From: an uncultured Collinsella sp.
GTDB taxonomy: Bacteria; Actinomycetota; Coriobacteriia; Coriobacteriales; Coriobacteriaceae
Reading direction: 5' to 3'
Length of the DNA stretch: 64,000 bases
Assembly: GCA_900767675.1 (NCBI GenBank)
Contig: CAAFZX010000014.1
Span: forward strand, 269-64,268
This document shows, piece by piece, positions 60,143 through 64,000 of this stretch (within the stretch, counting starts at the first letter, position 1; each line of letters starts with the position of its first letter). Both the position numbers and the translations under genes were made by a program. The notes under the pieces were generated by a model that saw only the letters and a list, made by a program, of their open reading frames with translations, was not told the DNA's origin and did not search any database.

Positions 60143-61447
60143 TTAGGCCAGATGATCTTGGATAAGGTCGCAGATGGCTCGGGCGTCGTTGATGTTGATG
60201 GCTCGGGTCGCAAATCCGGCGTCGAAGGCCTGGCGTGCCAGGGCCTCGTTGCAGGCAAGGGCCAGCGTGCGACCATCGACCAGGTCGAGCGAGCTCTTGC
60301 CGCGCAGACGGTCGACGCCGGAGCGCGCGACCACGATGTTGTCGAAGCCTTCGGTCTTGTAACCCTCGATGATCACCACGTCGACATCGTTGTAGCGCGA
60401 AAGCAGCTCGCGCGCGGGCATCTCGTCCTCCTCGCGCGTGTCGGCGTACTCCGCCCAGCGCGTGGCGCAGATGAGGCCCACGTGCTTGGATCCGGCTTGG
60501 TGATGGCGCCAGGTGTCCTTAGCGGGCACATCGATATCAAAGCCGTGATGCCCATGATGCTTGAGCGAACCCACGCGCAGGCCGCGGCGGGTGAGCTCGG
60601 CAATGACCTTCTCGACGAGCGTGGTCTTGCCCGAGTTTTGGTAGCCGATAAACGCGATCGCGGGGACGGCCGGTGTCGGAGCCGCGGGCGCGACGGCGAC
60701 GGGTGCGCTCGCGAGTGCGGCACCGTCAGCGGCCACGGCCTCAACAGCAGCGGCCTGACGTTCTGCACGATCCCACACACCCGAGCGGCCGCCCTCCTTG
60801 TGCAGCAGGCGCACGTCGACGATCTCCATGCCGCGGTCGACGGCCTTGCACATGTCGTAGATCGTTAGGCACGCAGCGCTCGCGCCGGTCAGAGCCTCCA
60901 TCTCAATACCCGTCTTGCCCGTCACGCCCGCCGTAACCAGCACGTGAAAGCCAACCTGCCCGTCCGTGCGCGCCGGCGCCCAGCCCTCGGGCACGTCCTC
61001 GGCCGGCGTCCCCGCCGGAGCGACGGGCGCAATGTCGCACTTGCTCTTGGTAATGAGCAGCGGATGGCACATGGGGATGATGTCGCTCGTGCGCTTGATA
61101 GCCATGATGCCCGCCACGCGCGCGCAGGCAAGCACGTCGCCCTTCTTGGCGCGGTCCTGCAGCACCATGGCCTGTGTCTCGGGATGCATGAGAATGGTGC
61201 CCTCGGCAATGGCAATGCGATGCGTCTCGGCCTTGTCGGACACGTCGACCATGCGCACCTCGCCCTTGGCGTCCACGTGCGTCAGCTCGTCGCGACGGGC
61301 GTCACGGGCGGGCTCGGCGACAGCGCTGGCAGTCGGCTGTGCGGACGCGTCGGCGTTGCCAGCATTCGCCGCAGCCGTGACTTTGTGGGCAGACATCGCG
61401 GCCCTGCGAGCGGCCTTGGTGGCATCGGCGTACCTGCTCTTGGCCAT
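60143..61447 (-). CDS. moaC: MoaC-MobB fusion
   Basis: LTHVD, MVDVSDK, IPMCHPL, TGIEMEAL, YDMCKAVD; then MobB GYQNSGKTT, KHHGH, IIEGYK. Confidence 0.9.
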   Translation of the reverse strand: MAKSRYADATKAARRAAMSAHKVTAAANAGNADASAQPTASAVAEPARDARRDELTHVDAKGEVRMVDVSDKAETHRIAIAEGTILMHPETQAMVLQDRAKKGDVLACARVAGIMAIKRTSDIIPMCHPLLITKSKCDIAPVAPAGTPAEDVPEGWAPARTDGQVGFHVLVTAGVTGKTGIEMEALTGASAACLTIYDMCKAVDRGMEIVDVRLLHKEGGRSGVWDRAERQAAAVEAVAADGAALASAPVAVAPAAPTPAVPAIAFIGYQNSGKTTLVEKVIAELTRRGLRVGSLKHHGHHGFDIDVPAKDTWRHHQAGSKHVGLICATRWAEYADTREEDEMPARELLSRYNDVDVVIIEGYKTEGFDNIVVARSGVDRLRGKSSLDLVDGRTLALACNEALARQAFDAGFATRAININDARAICDLIQDHLA

Positions 61448-61451
61448 ATGA

Positions 61452-62507
61452 TCATCCTCCGATTTGGGACATAAATCGTTGCGTGCCCTCAATTATCGCG
61501 TGTTCCTGCGGTTTGTGGGCCACGGCATCGCGCCAAATCGAAAGTACCCGCATATCATCACCACGGCGCAGCGCCTCACGCACCGAATACTCGGCATCGC
61601 TGAACAGGCACGGACGCACGTTGCCATCGGCCGTCAGACGCAGACGGTTGCAATTCGCACAAAAATGATTGGACATGGCGCTAATGAAGCCAACCGTTCC
61701 CGCCGCGCCCGGAAAATGCCAATAGCGCGCAGGGCCCGCGCCGGCAGGGGCGTCGTTGATGTCGAGCGGCTCGAGCTCGCCCAGACCCACCGCGGCGGCC
61801 CCGGCATTGATGCGCGCCCGCAGCTCGTCGCTCGGCACGGTATCGCTCGCGTCCCACAGCTCGGGATTAAGCGCGGGCGCATGCGGGTCCACGGCACAAT
61901 GTGAACTCGTACGCTCGTCGCCGATGGGCATGTATTCGATAAAGCGCAGGTGGATGGGCCGGTCCAGCGTGAGCCGCGCGAGGGCCGCCACATCCTGGTT
62001 GAGCCGGCGCACAACAACGCAGTTGACCTTAACGGGCTCAAAGCCCCAAGCCAGCGCCGCGTCGATGCCGGCCATGGTCTGCTCGAGTCGACCCAGGCGC
62101 GTGATCTTTCCAAAGAGCTTAGGGTCGAGCGTGTCGAGCGAAATGTTGACGCGGTTAAGCCCCGCGTCCTTGAGCTGCGGTGCCAGCTTGGGCAGCAGGG
62201 CGCCGTTGGTGGTAAGCGAGATATCCTCGATCTGCGGAATCGCGCGGATGTCACGAATGAGCGGGATGATACGGCGGCTGACCAGCGGCTCGCCACCCGT
62301 CAGGCGCACGCGGCGAATGCCCTCCCCCGCCACCAAGCGCACAAAGCGGGCGATTTCCTCGGCACTGAGTAGCTCGTCGTGTGCACGGGGCGCCACGCCA
62401 TCGGCCGGCATGCAGTAAATGCAGCGGAAATTGCACTTGTCGGTAACGGCAATGCGCAGGTAGTTGATATCGCGGCCAAAGCCGTCATGTTGCACGCGCC
62501 CGACCAC
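61452..62507 (-). CDS. moaA: GTP 3',8-cyclase
   Basis: CNFRCIYC, TGGEP, FCANCNRLR...C, C-terminal IGG. Confidence 0.95.
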   Translation of the reverse strand: MVGRVQHDGFGRDINYLRIAVTDKCNFRCIYCMPADGVAPRAHDELLSAEEIARFVRLVAGEGIRRVRLTGGEPLVSRRIIPLIRDIRAIPQIEDISLTTNGALLPKLAPQLKDAGLNRVNISLDTLDPKLFGKITRLGRLEQTMAGIDAALAWGFEPVKVNCVVVRRLNQDVAALARLTLDRPIHLRFIEYMPIGDERTSSHCAVDPHAPALNPELWDASDTVPSDELRARINAGAAAVGLGELEPLDINDAPAGAGPARYWHFPGAAGTVGFISAMSNHFCANCNRLRLTADGNVRPCLFSDAEYSVREALRRGDDMRVLSIWRDAVAHKPQEHAIIEGTQRFMSQIGG

Positions 62508-62637
62508 GCAGCCCTCCCCTCACGCGGCGTTTTATTCTTCGGAAAACATAATACCGCACGGGAGAATCATGCCGACACCCGTACGACAGGACAGGTCGCT
62601 TCGAGCAAGACCGGCTTCCCAAGCCCATCCTCAGCAC

Positions 62638-62702
62638 AGACCATCACAACATTCGATGCTTTTCCCTTTTTTGGCGAAAAACGTCGAATGTTGTGATGGT
62701 TT
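62638..62702. repeat. 65-bp spaced palindrome, copy C
   Basis: AGACCATCACAACATTCGA-N27-TCGAATGTTGTGATGGTTT (one arm mismatch). Confidence 0.92.
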
Positions 62703-62818
62703 GCCTGCCCGCAGCACCCCGTAGAAGGGCCGAAACGCCCCTAAAGGCCGCCGTCCCAGTGTCGAATCACGAATTCTCGCAGGTCATTCTGACGTTTCTG
62801 GAACGCTTCGCTTCGGTC

Positions 62819-63778
62819 TCACCTGAGGCCCATAGCAAGCGCGATGGCGTTCATCGCCCGGTGCAATTGCAGCTGATGGGCAAACTGAGTCCCGGTGAGG
62901 ACGATCATCCTAAAGCCCAGCGCGCTCAGCACGGTCATACGCTCCGCATCCGACGCGCTGCGCTGTTTATCAAGATGGTCCGAACCGTTGTATTCAATTC
63001 CCGTACCGCTCGCAGGCGCATATACGTCAATCTCGAAATACCCGGCCTTAGCGAGATACTTGAACTCGCTGGGAACATCGACCCGATGGTTGAGCTCGAT
63101 CTTGGCGTATCCCAGCCCTCCCTGGGAACGTTTTGCTACAACCATGATTGCGGTGGCCGTCTCCATGGGCGACCGCGCGCCATCGTGCACGCGCTTGAGC
63201 ACGGCGGCCGCGCGTACAGCCCCCTGACGAGATCGATTCTCATCGCAATAAGCAATCAAGTCGGCAACGGTATACCTCTGCCCCATCTCGATATAATCGT
63301 CTGTCGACAGATGATTCAAATGGTATCGGGCGCAGATTTCATACCCATATTCCAGCTGCTCGGGCTCGCTCATCCACGAACCCGCTTGGACAAAGCACAT
63401 GACCTCATCAACCACTAGAAGGCCCTCTGCCACCTCAAGAAGATGGCCTGGGGGTACCGGCGCCCCAAACACGTGGCACCTAAATCCAGCCGGCGTCGAG
63501 CGCTCAAAATCGAAGTTGACGAGCGTGTCGATATGACCGAGCTCTTCTCGTGGAATACCAAGCGAAACCAGATAGTCGGTAACGATCCCAACTGCCGCTG
63601 AAGCCCTCAGCCCCTTGACATCGAGTCCCAATTTGGACAGGCCCGCAGTCGGCTCCGCCTCGTTAGCAAGCGAGTCCTCATCGTATAGGCTGCTTGCTCG
63701 CGAGAGCGGCTCGGACGGGCGCGCCACGTTGTGGTACAGCCAGGCAGTCTTATGGGACAGGACGATCGGCAGGTCCAT
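62819..63778 (-). CDS. Protein with C-terminal DUF559/Vsr-like endonuclease domain (N-terminus possibly AbiEi-like)
   Basis: GGAGG RBS; ARSPMET, EIDVY...GIEYNGSDH, DAERMTVLSALGFRMIVLT. Confidence 0.75.
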   Translation of the reverse strand: MDLPIVLSHKTAWLYHNVARPSEPLSRASSLYDEDSLANEAEPTAGLSKLGLDVKGLRASAAVGIVTDYLVSLGIPREELGHIDTLVNFDFERSTPAGFRCHVFGAPVPPGHLLEVAEGLLVVDEVMCFVQAGSWMSEPEQLEYGYEICARYHLNHLSTDDYIEMGQRYTVADLIAYCDENRSRQGAVRAAAVLKRVHDGARSPMETATAIMVVAKRSQGGLGYAKIELNHRVDVPSEFKYLAKAGYFEIDVYAPASGTGIEYNGSDHLDKQRSASDAERMTVLSALGFRMIVLTGTQFAHQLQLHRAMNAIALAMGLR

Positions 63779-63879
63779 GAGCCCTCCAATGGAGTCGGAT
63801 AACCAACCTTATTCCCCTGCCCACGGGTCCGCACACCTTCGTGCGCAAGAAAGCGATTCCACCCGATCGAGTGGTAGAA

Positions 63880-63944
63880 AAACCATCACAACATTCGATG
63901 CTTTTCCCGATTTTGGCAAAAAACATCGAATGTTGTGATGGTTT
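63880..63944. repeat. 65-bp spaced palindrome, copy D
   Basis: Perfect 19-bp arms, 27-bp spacer. Confidence 0.92.
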
Positions 63945-64000
63945 GAGGCGAGGTGAGGGGCATGGAGGGACCAAAGCATCGTGCTCGAACGGGTTAATCC

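Noticed and set aside
48367..63944. CRISPR array interpretation of the repeated 19-bp arms or the 21-bp tandem units
   Set aside because: The arms are inverted and dispersed, spacers are related to each other, there is no direct-repeat/unique-spacer array and no cas genes

Overview
High-GC actinobacterial chromosome segment; gene content and style suggest Coriobacteriia, probably Collinsella-like (inference, no database search). Mostly housekeeping and metabolic genes: guaA, asparaginase, ychF, three Fe-dependent alcohol/glycerol dehydrogenases, fused murT-gatD, tRNA-Glu, glnA type III, metF with a split metH, nagB/PTS-IIA/glmM, rpsI-rplM, tmRNA, a putative metal/siderophore uptake cluster (P1B ATPase, paired ABC transporters, AraC), gatCAB, a sortase-C pilus operon, and moaA with a moaC-mobB fusion. 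No CRISPR array, integrase or transposase was seen. The unexplained signal is intergenic. (1) A 65-bp palindrome (19-bp arms, invariant 27-bp spacer) occurs 4 times; two copies bracket a DUF559/Vsr-like endonuclease gene. (2) One family of ~190-210-bp elements follows both tRNA-Glu and tmRNA, each copy carrying an antisense segment matched to its own target's T-arm and a partial copy of the target 3' end. (3) Two long hairpins have unrelated 32/38-bp outer stems but share two identical 13-nt core blocks. (4) A candidate SOS-controlled type I toxin-antitoxin locus lies inside the pilus operon. (5) Further REP/MITE-like families are present. All functional readings of these elements are inference.
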